NCBI RefSeq assembly: GCF_964355755.1
Contig: NC_092671.1
Location: 10,540,001-10,604,000, forward strand
Reading direction: 5' to 3'
DNA length: 64,000 nucleotides
DNA from: Antedon mediterranea
Lineage: Eukaryota; Animalia; Echinodermata
In this document: positions 49,675 through 62,230 of the stretch, in pieces
Layout: each line of letters begins with the position of its first letter
Position numbering within the stretch: the first letter of the stretch is position 1
The notes under the pieces: generated by a model
The model's input: the letters and a program-made list of their open reading frames with translations, nothing else
Told to the model about the DNA's origin: nothing
Databases searched by the model: none
Made by a program: the position numbers and the translations under genes

Positions 49675-51734
49675 TAAGATAAGATAAGATAAGATAAGAT
49701 AACTTTTATTGATCCTCAACAAGGAAATTCATTGCTCGTCATAATAACAAAGAAAACACAATAAAAACAAATATAGCATAAAACCATTCATATAAAAACA
49801 TCTAAAAAATTACAAGATAAAATTATCTTCTTGACTTCCTGTTGTACTGGATGATACCGGAGGGAATAAAGGATTTAGCAAATCGATTTGTTTTCACACT
49901 GAGGAGCCTCAATCTACCACTTGGATTAAGTTGGTCTATGATCACTTTGTGGAGAGGATGAGAGGCATCCGACTCAATGCGTTCGAAATCTTTCTGGAGG
50001 TGTTCTAGGTGCACATCGGTAAAGGAAGGCAGTTCCAGACCAATCATTTTACCAGCCCGACGGATGAAAGTTTCAAGGCGTCCTTTATTCCCTCCGGTAA
50101 CATTACCAGCCCAACAGGAGAGGCAATACGTCCAAACACTACATATAACGGATCTATAAAACGAAAGTAACATCAAATCACAGGAGTTAAATTTATATAA
50201 AGTTCTCATACAATACATTCTGGGATTTAATTTTTTGCTGATGTAGTCTATATGGTCTCCCCAATTCAGTTTATCATTGAAAACAATTCCTAGATACTTG
50301 TACTGGTCAACAATTTCAATTTCTTTACCTTTGATAGTGATTGGTTGAAAATTAAATTTATGTTTAGTCCTAAAATCAATGATCATCTCCTTTGTTTTTG
50401 ATGCATTTATTTGGAGATAATTATCGTCACAAAATTTTACAAATCTTTGTATTTCGCTACGATAATTTTCATCATTGTTTGAAACTATGAGACCAATAGT
50501 ACTAGTGTCATCAGCGAATTTAACAACGGGGCAAAGCTCATCATTTAAAGATCTGTAATCGGCCGTATACAAGGAATATAATTTAGGTGCGTTGACAGTA
50601 CCCTGAGGAACACCGGTGTCAGAGGTTACGATTTCTGACTTAACACCATTAATATTAACAAATTGTTTTCTATCACAAATGAAATTTAAAACTAAACGAA
50701 CAATCGGACGGGGAAACTCCATATTCAACATTTTGTCTGCTAAGATATGGGGTTGTATGGTATTAAACGCAGACTGAAAATCAAAATACATAATACGTGC
50801 CGAGTGGCCTTTCTTTACATTATCTAGATGTGAATACAATTTATGTAATTTAAAATAAATCGCATCACTGGTACTACGGAGTGATCGGTAAGCAAATTGC
50901 AACGAGTCTAACACTTTTTCAGCATAAGGTTGCATAATTTTTAAAATAATACGTTCCAATATTTTCATCGCGACAGACGTGAGTGCAACGGGTCTCAAAT
51001 CATTCATGCTGTTAATCTTAGGTTTCTTAGGTACCGGTATTATGCATGAAAGTTTCCAAATATCCGGGAACGCATGATAAGAAAGACACATATTGAAAAT
51101 AAATGTAAATATACCATCAAGGTGAGGAGAGCAGACCTTAAGTACTCGTGGTGGGATTCTATCCGGCCCAGCAGCCTTCGATGAATTGAGTTTCATGAAT
51201 TCGTTATGTACTGTACATCAGAAATGCTTATACTAAATTTGGGATCATCTTCAGTCACCCGACACAAGCTAAATAGGGCCTCTCTTTCTTTTTTAAAATC
51301 ATGAACATTAAAACGGTTATAAAATTCATTTAACTCATTAACATATTGCACAGTAACATTCGGAATCGAGGTGGGTGTATTACCACCGTTTGTGTAACCA
51401 CTCATACTAAGTTTAATACCCTGCCAAACTTGTTTCATATTATTAGACCTGAAGTTATGTTCAACTTTTTTCCTATAAATGTTCTTCTGTTTCCTTATTT
51501 CAGATTTAATCTCTCTAGTCAATATTTTCATACGATTAGAGTCGCCCATCTTAAAGGCTTTACGTTTCTCACACAACAGTAATTTAACGCCTTTCGTGAT
51601 CCATGGCTTGTTATTAGGGTAGATTTTCACTTTTTTAACTGGAACGCATTTATCAATACAAAAGTTTATGTACGAGCTCACTGCATAAGTAATACTATTC
51701 AAATCTTCATCCTCCGTAAAAATATCCCAATCGA
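49672..51734 (-). mobile_element. 5'-truncated Rex1/Babar-like non-LTR retrotransposon with a (CTTAT)n 3' tail
   Basis: RT motifs RPVALTS..MK.LER, LQFAYR, DF.SAFNTIQP, GVPQG, FADD and YKYLG, with PNNKPWIT upstream; AATAAA followed by a microsatellite tail; interrupts the satellite. Confidence 0.9.
49823..51196 (-). pseudogene. Reverse transcriptase ORF of the LINE (lacks the endonuclease; frameshifted from the upstream part at ~51210)
   Basis: 457-aa ORF with all RT core motifs. The upstream frame 51193-51734 is offset by a 5-bp insertion. Confidence 0.85.
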
Positions 51735-52650
51735 TTGATGTATACTGTGGCATTACTGTATCAATATACTGTATGTACTTTACTTGCTTATTCTGTTTTA
51801 TTCCTGTACAGTACTGTACAGTATAAACACTTGATTGCATTGATTGCTGTATAGTGTGGCATTACTGTATCAATATACTGTATGTACTTTACTTGCTTAT
51901 TCTGTTTTATTCCTGTACCGTACTGTACAGTATAAACACTTGATTGCGTTGATTGATGTATACTGTGGCATTACTGTATCAATATACTGTACTGTATGTA
52001 CTTTACTTGCTTATTCTGTTTTATTCCTGTACAGTACTGTACAGTATAAACACTTGATTGCGTTGATTGATGTATACTGTGGCATTACTGTATCAATATA
52101 CTGTATGTACTTTACTTGCTTATTCTGTTTTATTCCTGTACCGTACTGTACAGTATAAACACTTGATTGCATTGATTGCTGTATAGTGTGGCATTACTGT
52201 ATCAATATACTGTATGTACTTTACTTGCTTATTCTGTTTTATTCCTGTACAGTACTGTACAGTATAAACACTTGATTGCGTTGATTGATGTATACTGTGG
52301 CATTACTGTATCAATATACTGTATGTACTTTACTTGCTTATTCTGTTTTATTCCTGTACCGTACTGTACAGTATAAACACTTGATTGCGTTGATTGCTGT
52401 ATACTGTGGCATTACTGTATCAATATACTGTATGTACTTTACTTGCTTATTCTGTTTTATTCCTGTACCGTACTGTACAGTATAAACACTTGATTGCGTT
52501 GATTGATGTATACTGTGGCATTACTGTATCAATATACTGTATGTACTTTACTTGCTTATTCTGTTTTATTCCTGTACAGTACTGTACAGTATAAACACTT
52601 GATTGCATTGATTGCTGTATAGTGTGGCATTACTGTATCAATATACTGTA
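51732..52650. repeat. 109-bp satellite, right arm (~8.4 units)
   Basis: Same unit as the left arm, resuming in register after the LINE. Confidence 0.95.
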
Positions 52651-55124
52651 TACTCATCTTTGGAGTTTGTTTTTTAATATTAGTGGGGCGCCTTTTTCTC
52701 ACAGATTTCCTATCTTTCATTGTTTACAAATTAATTTTACAGGAATGTCTATCGAATTATTATTATGAACAGAAATAGTGGTGTTAAAGAATATGAAGAT
52801 ATGTTACATACTTTAGAAATGTTTCCTCTTTTTTTTGTGTGTAGCGCATTTCTGGTATCATGTTTTTCACAATCAGGAAATTAAAAACCGGAAATTATGG
52901 GTGTGTTTTTACAATGTACAGTTTTTATTTACAATTATTATTATTACCTCTACTTAAGTCTGTACTGTAGTACTAGTAGGAATGTTATGTTTTCACCCCG
53001 GTACTGTTTGTTTTTCTGTGAACAACTTGTAGGCCTAAATTTAACTTGTTAATCCCAATCTTGTTTATGTTAATAAACAACTGTATCTTTTTAGAAGAAT
53101 TATACAGTAATTGTACAGTGTGGCACTAAGCATCTAATTTTGTGGTGTGAGACGTCATTTGTTAGGTTAAATAGGTTCATTTGTACAGCTGTTTGGCTTT
53201 CTTTCAGAAATAATGATTGGAAAACAATTCCCAGTGAGATTTCTAAAGATATTTTCAAAATACATATCCAAGGGAAATACTACATTTCCTTATAAAGATA
53301 TGTATAAATTGGTTTCAGACAGATCTCTATATAAGGTACTAAATACTCATTAAACTTAGAAAACAAAAGTAACAGAAGCTAATGATCAAAATTACATAAT
53401 AAGTATCTTACAGTTATACAATCAGCTGATTTCATTAATTGTTTATCTCGCTCTCGTTTTTTCTTCCTGATTGAAAATGTAGTATTAACATTTGCAAACA
53501 CTTATCCTTGACCTGTCTTCTTGATATGCATTAAGAATTTAGAAATATCAAATCATATTAAAAGTAGAAACTTTGTCTAGCCAAGTGCAGAGTAAAGTAT
53601 AAACCTAGGTCAATTATAATCAGCATTATTTTTTAAAAAACAACCCAGAACTACCTGAATAAAAACCATTAGAGAATGACACGAAAAATAAGTCTACAGT
53701 ATGCATACTCTGGCCAATAATCATAAGTATGCTACAGTATGTAGACGAGCATTAGTAATGATGAAAAATGCTGGGGGAAGTAAAATAAGAGCATAAGAAC
53801 TATAATTGTCGACTTAAATTTTAAACCAAAATGTACATAAGCAAGTTTCATTAATAGCTTAAGACAGTGGTACAGAGGTCAACAAGGATGCAATTTTTTG
53901 TCACTTCAATAAGTTTTTCACAATGAATAATTACAATATTAATTAGTAATAATTGTCTAATGATCTTTAATTGTACAGCATGTATCAGTACATTGTATCT
54001 CCCACCCCCTTCCTAGGAGGATAATTATCACAGTTTAATAATTAATCTTATCACTATCAGAAAATCCAATAGCTGAAATTGTGAATTACTGTATAAAGAA
54101 ATAAAGTTATTTTCCATTAAAAAAAATCAGTTTAATAATGATTTAAATAAAAGGTTGAATTCATAATACCATTTCATATCATATGTTTCCTAGGCTTATT
54201 TTCATTTTGTTAAATGTTTCCTGTTAAATTCTATTACTAACTATGGAATTGTGCATCTACTTGGGTATATGCAGACTTGACATAGTAAACATCAGGAGGC
54301 TGAATCCCATAGAGATTTATTTCGGAAGAGAATTCAAATTTGATAGGAAATTGGATTACTTAAAACACACTATGTACTGTACACTGTAATCATATTTTGA
54401 TGTTGCAAGTCTAGAGCCAATTTTGTACCTTTTTTTCTATGTTGACAGGAAACTAATATCTGAGATGGATAAATAGTTGACATAGGCAGATTTTCATCTT
54501 GATCACTGCCTAATACTACATTATTTGTCTGCAATCTAAAATGTTTGCAAACTTGGAATGGAATCTAGCAAAAATGATCTTATCTTTACATCCTTGTTTT
54601 CTTATTTATGAGTTTAGAACACCTCCTTGTTACTGTAATGGGATACTAGATACAAACAAGAGGCAATATGTTTATACACTAATTGGCCTTACATCCATTA
54701 ACTGGATATCCCGATTAAGGTGGACACTTTGTTTCTACATTGTCATCTCCATCATGGTACAGTAATACTGTAGCTTTCATTAAAGTACTGTAGAGTATAC
54801 ACTTTTTTTTTCTTTTTCATATGCATCCAACATCGAGCACAGACTCGCTCGCCAATTACAGGATGGATAAACTATTTTATAATTTATCGTGCTTATAAAC
54901 TAAGTCTCATTTGAGGCTTAGGGAGTGGAGTTAAATGATTTGTGAGTTACAACTCTGGCACTAGGTCAGGATTGAACCTTGGGATTGGAAGGCAAGCACG
55001 TTAACCACCAAGCTACAGCTTCGCTACTTTTATTAAATTTACATTTTTAATAAGTCAGTACAGTAAAATGAAATATTTTATTTTTTTTCTTCAGAAAAAT
55101 AGATTTGCTTAACACATCATTGGC

Positions 55125-58100
55125 ATGACAGAATGGAATTCTCAAACATCTCGTAAGTTAGATTTCATTGATAAGTAAATGAAAAACATTACAGATTATA
55201 ATATCATAACATGTTATTGCATAACAATAAAGTCTCTGTATGTGATAATACAGAAGTAGCTATATTTACTTGCTCTTTCCTCTATCAGATTTTTACATCA
55301 GGGGTTTGGCTTGATCTGCATTCAAAACAATACTCTGGTTAAACATCTGATATACCCCATATGGGAGTATACTGATAGTTTCATTGGATGAAACATATTT
55401 GAGTTACAGTATATCAGAGTTATATCACATTTAAACCATTATTGGTATTTATTAGTGGGATAAACACTAATTGTATATTTACAGGCCCAGTTTGGTCACT
55501 TTACATTCTTTTTTTGTATCTGGAAAAACATTGAAAAACTATTAAAGTGGTATAAATCTTTTGAGTGAGACTACAAAAGTAAAATTTAATTTAATAAATG
55601 TGAATAATTTTGTGTTTTAGTCATATTGTATTCATCAATATTCATTTGAAATTTGTATTATTTATTTACATAGAAATTATTGGAAACGACATCGAAGAAA
55701 GAAGAAGTAACGATTTCCTTGATAAGGAGTCTAACAAAGGCAAGGATACTGGGTCAAACAGAGTTATCAGATTCACAATAGATGAATTGGAATCCAACTT
55801 ACAGGACACCCGTTCTACTCAGAAACATAGACGACCCCCACCACCAAGAGAACTATTCAGAACAGATTCGAATATAACCCTTGATTCTGACCTGTCATCA
55901 GAACCACATAATAGTCCGACCGCCTGGGAGTTACCCTCTGGCCTTGGGGGCAGTAATCAATACCTTATAAACCGAAATATGATCGAAGTTGAAGCTAGTA
56001 AGAAAGCGACTCGTCGTAGCGGCTTTGCAAACTACTCGTTAGGATTATCCGACATCAAAGAATCATCGTTCGATTTCGAAGAGAAAGGTTCAGACTCCCA
56101 ACAACCAGTTGATTTACCAGCGGCAAAAGAATTTCACAGTTTTGACTTTGAGAAGATACCAAAATCCAGACCAATACAGTCTCCTAAATCACCAATCATG
56201 AGAAGCTCTTCATCCGATTCTTTTAGGGAAGTTTCCAAAAAAGTACATTCTCAACTGAAGAGGTCTTTCAGTACACAAGGTAAAGTAAAACTTTAATTTG
56301 TTTGCATTTAGTTTTATATGTGAGGGAGGGGAAAGGGAGGATAACACGTGTCTTTCAGCCTAACTGGGCTAAATTGCGCACTATTGTGGATGACCCATAC
56401 TGGTGAAGCTCTCACCAGTACATCGACTAACCTTCTACTCTTCCTATAGACACACTGGGAAAGTATACCCAAGCCAGATGTGTACATTTTACCTCCAGTC
56501 TTAAGTCTATTTATCTGTCTCCAGGACAATAATCCATGAGAGATTTAAACCTTAGAGATTTCAGTCACATTCATGAGTTAATTTATTGAATTAATTACTT
56601 TATTAAATTATGTAGTTTGATTATCATTTATTTTACGTATTGTAATTACCTACATAATGTAATACTTTAAAAAGCATGATTGAAAATGTTCATCTGGTTT
56701 GTAGGTATAAGTATATTGGAAATATTCTTTTTTTCAAACCAATAATTAGAAAACTAACCTTGACAGTTTCGCTACAGCTTCTTCAGAAATAAGGACGATC
56801 TATCATCAAACAGACTGACCTCTAGAGGGCCTATTCTGTTTAATGACAGGGTCATTATTTCTGAAGAAGCTGTCCGATCAGGACAGCGAAACTGTCAAGG
56901 TTAGTTTTCTAATTATTGGTTTGAAAAAAAGAATATTTCCAATATACTGTACTTTAAAAAGCAATTAAATCAAATGTTAATCATCCGATTATGACTATAG
57001 TCAATAAGTTTAAAATGCTAAAATAATAGCTACAGTATATTATGTTTATGTGATTAGATGTGCCATTTATAATTGGAAATAAAGTCACTATTAGTGGATA
57101 TTCTATAGATCTACAGTATTTCTTAGACACTTTAGTATTCTGTACTTGAATACCAGTTTCCATAGACAAAAAAAGAAACTATTATACAACTGGTTATTAT
57201 ACAGTAATGATATCTGTGAATTCACATTTAATATGTGATTATACTGTACAGTAACAGGAAGAGGGTGAAGATTTTATTTCCTACTATTATGAGTGTTGAT
57301 TGACTTTTGATAAAAAAAAATTACTGTATATCACATTCATTGTAAATTGAGCTGAAACACTGAAGTCTCTAAGATACATTTCTATAGTGTAGTTGTTGAA
57401 CAAGAACTACAAGATGTTGTTTCATTGTAACAGTTACTATTAATTACTTAGAAAATGTGGAATATTCATCCACGTCATACTTTGTTATGGTATACCTGTG
57501 ATCTACTGTATGGTTAAAAATATACAGGTACTATGCTGCTATAAAGGCATTTATTCCATAGTGACTAAATAAACAATATATATTGTTTCAAACTGAACTG
57601 TGATTTCAAGGAAACCTGCATTGCAGTTATTTCCAAAAGGGATTAAATAAATCAAGTGTAGAAACATAAAACAATTAAAGAAGAAGCTGTTTTTTTTGTA
57701 TAAAATAATAAGAAATTTGTCAATAGAATTTAGAGGGCAGCAAACATAATGATAATGCTTTTTTTCATTTTTTGTAAATGTGATGATTAAGTGTGAATGA
57801 AGTAACTGTAATAAATTATAGATTGAAATTCTGGTCTTCCAACTAGTTTTCTGGTAGGCTAATTTTCATTCTATATTTTAAAGAATGTTTTCGTACTAAC
57901 AAGACATAGTTTTATTATTGTTTTTAAGGCAATATTCCATTAAAATGAATTCATTCACTATCCTTCTTAAAGCTGGCAATCTTGTTCACAAGATGCTCAT
58001 ACATAAACACATAGTCTAAGTACACAAGTATTTGAGGATGGAGTTGTTTTTTTTGTTTTTGTCATTTTAACATCTGACAGGATTTGAACCAAGGACCCTG

Positions 58101-58440
58101 GTATATATCATTAGCCATGACTCTACAAATCTTACGTATACTTCATTAAAACATTTACTTGCAGAAAATAGTTCTTATGCTGCACGAAGGAAGGCATTAA
58201 CAAGAAGCATCCAGCAGTGGGTGAACTCAATAGAAAGACCGCCAGTTGCAGATGAAGATGACAATGAAGCATTGTCTTTTTTACCAGTCAATCAAACATC
58301 GAAAGATGGTTGTGAAGCTACGCAAAAGAGTGGAGATTCACTCGATACAGAACCAGAAGATATGGATTTGGCAGCAGATCAAGAACAACGGTCTAAAAAC
58401 CACCAGAAACTGACGAGATCTGCAAAGAGCTTTGAGTCAG
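55125..58440 (+). CDS. Unidentified Ser/acidic low-complexity protein; first three coding exons, 3'-partial
   Basis: Exons 55125-55152 (MTEWNSQTS; acceptor at 55094), 55674-56279 and 58165-58440, joined by phase-1 GT-AG introns into one open frame. No recognisable domain. Its 5' non-coding exon is probably near 44000-44214, head-to-head with COA3. Confidence 0.75.
56710..56948. repeat. Long inverted repeat (~85-100-bp arms), Penelope-like remnant
   Basis: 56710-56796 is the reverse complement of 56851-56948 except for an 11-bp indel and one or two substitutions. Confidence 0.85.
56857..56902 (+). ncRNA. Minimal hammerhead ribozyme motif (Penelope-type)
   Basis: CTGAAGA-a-GCTGTCC-gatca-GGACAGC-GAAAC-t-GTC: CUGANGA core, 7-bp stem II, GAAA and a GUC triplet; stem I is weak. 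Confidence 0.55.
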
Positions 58441-58943
58441 GTAAGATTTTAAAATCGATGTGTAATCATGCATTTACACATTTTACTGCAGTTGACAATT
58501 GTTGTACAGTACCCTATTTGTACAAACCCCATTTATTTTTTAAAGTTCTTCTTTTCGTAATTTATTCCTCTCTTCAGAGAGAGAGGCTTATTGTTGGTTT
58601 ATCCAGTTGTAAAGCGGCGCTCATAGACTACCAACACCACTGTTGGTTTGTGTCCCTTGAATAGTTGGCCATAGTCCTGCTAGTGTTAAAACATATATTG
58701 ATGCGAAAAAGTGTCCCCTATAGGTGTCCCATGATTAAAGGGTGTCCAAAAGGAGGAGTTCTACCTGTTATATGTATGTACTGGAAAAAGGGGGTTTGAA
58801 ATTTGGTCAAGTGTATTTGCTTTTTAAAGGAAACTTTTAAAACATAAACAGAAAAGTGAGCCCTCTAGATAAATTGTGTTTATGTTGTAAAAATGCCATT
58901 CAATAATAAAATTGTACTTTATTGCCATTGAATCACAGTCTTA

Positions 58944-59938
58944 GGGCCTGTTCAGACCTACGGAGTTATGCTTTCGTATTGTACGCGGTGTACAAGTCCA
59001 TAGGTCTGAACCAGGAAAAGATTAGTGGAAGCCACCTCGTACGACACTGATATTTCGTACGCTACGAAAGCTCAAGGTATGAGTTTAGTGGACGTCGCTT
59101 ACAATACGAAAGTCACTCATCGATGAATATGACCTAGGTTAGATATCTAGCCAATCAAATTACAATATTCGCCACATCACATCGTGACATGTGCTCCTCA
59201 CTCATCGTATAGCCAAGCTGATCCATTTGTTGTGATCGGTGTTGAACGTGCGTAAAAATCATACCTTTTGTTGTTACACTATACAGTATTATTATTAATA
59301 TTATTATATTAATTAATTTAAAATGTCATCGAAGCGTGCGCATTGGCGAGAAACCGAAGTAAAATACCTTATTTCATTGTGGGGAAGCCCGAGTTCAGAG
59401 ATCGGTTGGAAGTGAAAAACTGGCGTAAAAGCACCGACAACAAGATGTCTGTGTTCAACGAGATGGCGGACACGTTAGCAGATGGGCCATCCTCATAAAG
59501 AAGGATTTAATATCAAACGAAATTGAAGGGGTGGTCATATAAAGCGGCGAAAGACCGAGTAAATAAATCTGGAGCTGGTGCAAGTGCGGGATTTGAACAT
59601 TTTTCTGCCATAAATGGTATTTTAGGTCATAGACCAAATATAAACCCAAACCCCAAAACGATCGGCTGGTTGGTATGCCTGACAACCAATCGATAATGCC
59701 GAGCCTAAGTGTTCGGTCTAGGCCTGTAACTCCTAAACCAACCACTACTACTTTTAATAACAACGAAGGTAGGTCTATGCGTGTGTTAGAGTTTGGTTAA
59801 TCGCCAGCGAGTGACATCATATCCGTTTATAACGCAACTTCGTTGCAATGAATCTGAACACTTTGCTCTTACGACGCTCATTAAAATATGACCTTGGCTG
59901 TGATACGAAAGCATAACTCCGTAGGTCTGAACATACCC
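58944..59938. mobile_element. PIF/Harbinger non-autonomous element, 36-bp TIRs, TTA TSD
   Basis: tta|GGGCCTGTTCAGACCTACGGAGTTATGCTTTCGTAT ... ATACGAAAGCATAACTCCGTAGGTCTGAACATACCC|tta. Confidence 0.9.
59323..59696 (+). pseudogene. Frameshifted Myb/SANT (trihelix) DNA-binding gene of the Harbinger element
   Basis: MSSKRAHWRETEVKYLISLWG / KPEFRDRLEVKNWRKSTDNKMSVFNEMADTLADG / LKGWSYKAAKDRVNKSGAGASAGFEHFSAINGILGHRPNINP, interrupted by frameshifts and stops. Confidence 0.75.
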
Positions 59939-62059
59939 TTACACTGAAGTTTCTCAAGGATAAACTTAAGTGTATGGAATTTAATTGAAGATGTACTTAA
60001 TAACATGTAATGATATGCTGTATGGATTCTTATGTGCTCAGCTTTGTATCTATATATAAAGTTATATCAGTAATGCACTATAAAAACTGTGGTAAAGTTC
60101 TCATTATTCTCAGGTCTTTAATAATAATAATGCCAAAGGCAAATTGTTAAACAAAACAACAATATGCCTTATATAATAGTGACTCAATTTTGATTGACAT
60201 ACCAAATAAATATAAAACAAAAAGCTAAATCAAACTGTAAAAAAAGGCAGGGAAAACATTCCTAGCTTTCTGAAAAGAATATGTCCGGGGTAACTATGTA
60301 ATGATTAGTAGAATTTAATATAATCTGGTATTAGTAAGAAGTAGGCAGTTAATAGTAGTATACCTAATTTCAAATTAAAAACTTAAAAGGAAATGTTAGT
60401 ATGATCCTTCTATTTACTATAGCATTACTAATGTAATGAGAAGAAGTGATCACATTTCCTATAATTTAGATCAATTGCCTTAAATGTATTAGATCAAGTT
60501 ATACAATTGTTCCACTTTCTCATAAGTCATATTTTAATTGAGATTAAAGATACCTTATGCTTACTGTACATTAGTATTCTCACACTGTCAAAGTACTGTA
60601 TAGTGAATTATCTTTTAATATAATATTTATATATAAATACCCAGAAAAGCTACCCATTAATGTTAATGGTGAAAGCAACTTACCCATGTAAAGGGCCCTA
60701 AAGTGGGAGTGCATAGTTCATCCATCAGTATAGCCTAAACACACATAAGTGTCAGCTTCATGTTCTTTATTTTCAGGTATGTTCTGTCAGGTGCTAATTA
60801 TTATTACTGTAGGCTATGCATAATACTGTATGTTGTGTGTTACATTTTTCAGTGAAACATAGCTATTGTATTCATTTATACAGTAGCTATTTATATTTAT
60901 TACCATTATGTCATACTACAGTTTTTGTGGGAGTTTCTGTCGCTGACAGCCTCTAATTGATTAATTCTGTTGTTTTTAACAAATTATTCTGACATTTATT
61001 ATTTTACTGCCAATATTAGAACCTTTCAAGCACCTTTAAGTGTAGGTACTCAAATGAGTAATGAAGAGATCGGAATATTAATAGCTTAATTGTACAAGCA
61101 ATTTAGCTAGTGTGATGTATAACGCACTATTTAGATGATAAAATGTTATGTTTTGAAACCACTCGCCTCATAGTTTGTTGCTTACGTCAAGGGGAAAAAG
61201 TCTTTGAGGCTGTTCAATGTTAGGATTTCATTGCTATATGTATTTGGTAGAAACAACAAAATACTCTGGGACTTGTAACCCATACAATACATGTGGCTGC
61301 CTCTACACCTCCGTTGATCTTCCATGCTCTTCCAGTTATCAGAAGATCAACTATTTAAAATTTGTTTTCACTGTTCAATTTAAGGTAGGTTTTTTACAAA
61401 AGTACTGTACTGTACTATAGTTTTAAATTTGAGTGTACAATATCTTGTCTGTATCTACCGTATAAAAGAACTGTCTATTGTGTTTACAAAAAGAGTTAAT
61501 GAGTACTATATTTGTTGTTCATGCTGTATTCTGTTTTCTTGAGTATAGATTAAATTCAACTCTATTTTCTGAGCTTGTCCAGTTATAAATACAGTTAAAT
61601 AGGTTTTAATAATTGTATTAATCAGTACTCATTAAGGACATTAATTGACCCTATTCAATTGACCCTATTTAAACACATGTTCATAGTGCAAAAGAGAAAA
61701 ATTGTTTCTTCTAAATTTGGACCCCATGTGATTTTATCTACATAAGCATGGTAGATCTTTAATTAGAATTTCAATAAAGATCTATATTTAGATTATTAAT
61801 TACCTGATAAGGTAAACAACCTGATAAGATTTAATATGTAACGTCAACAGATTTTAGGTTATAAAATTGTATAATGTGCTCTTAAATAGTATTAATCAGG
61901 CATGGTCAATGTACAGCAACCAAAGACAACATATGTTTATACAAGAAAGGCTTAGAAAATGATAAAGTAAGTAAACTGCATGTATACTTTGTAAATGTAT
62001 TAGTTGTAGGAGTAGTAGGAGTCATACTTGATATATAATTAGAGTATTAATACCATAAT

Positions 62060-62230
62060 GATGGTCAAGTCGAGTGGTTAAGACAGAGGCACTGAAAACC
62101 ATACAACAGTTTAGGCACAGTTAAAGGTATTGCACTGCTCGACTATACTGTAGTTCTGTTGGTAGCACAAGTGTATTTTAATGTACACGTCTGAATCGTG
62201 TAAACTTAAAACCAGTGAATCTTTGGGAAC
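62060..62230 (+). mobile_element. Possible decayed tRNA-derived SINE
   Basis: A-box-like ggtcaagtcgagtggttaagac. Similar tRNA-like heads occur at ~39038-39110 (+) and ~54950-55020 (-). Confidence 0.3.

Noticed and set aside
51735-52594. Repeated 66-104-aa ORFs and the N-terminus of the 215-aa ORF
   Set aside because: Translations of the 109-bp satellite; the 215-aa ORF is a satellite-LINE chimera.
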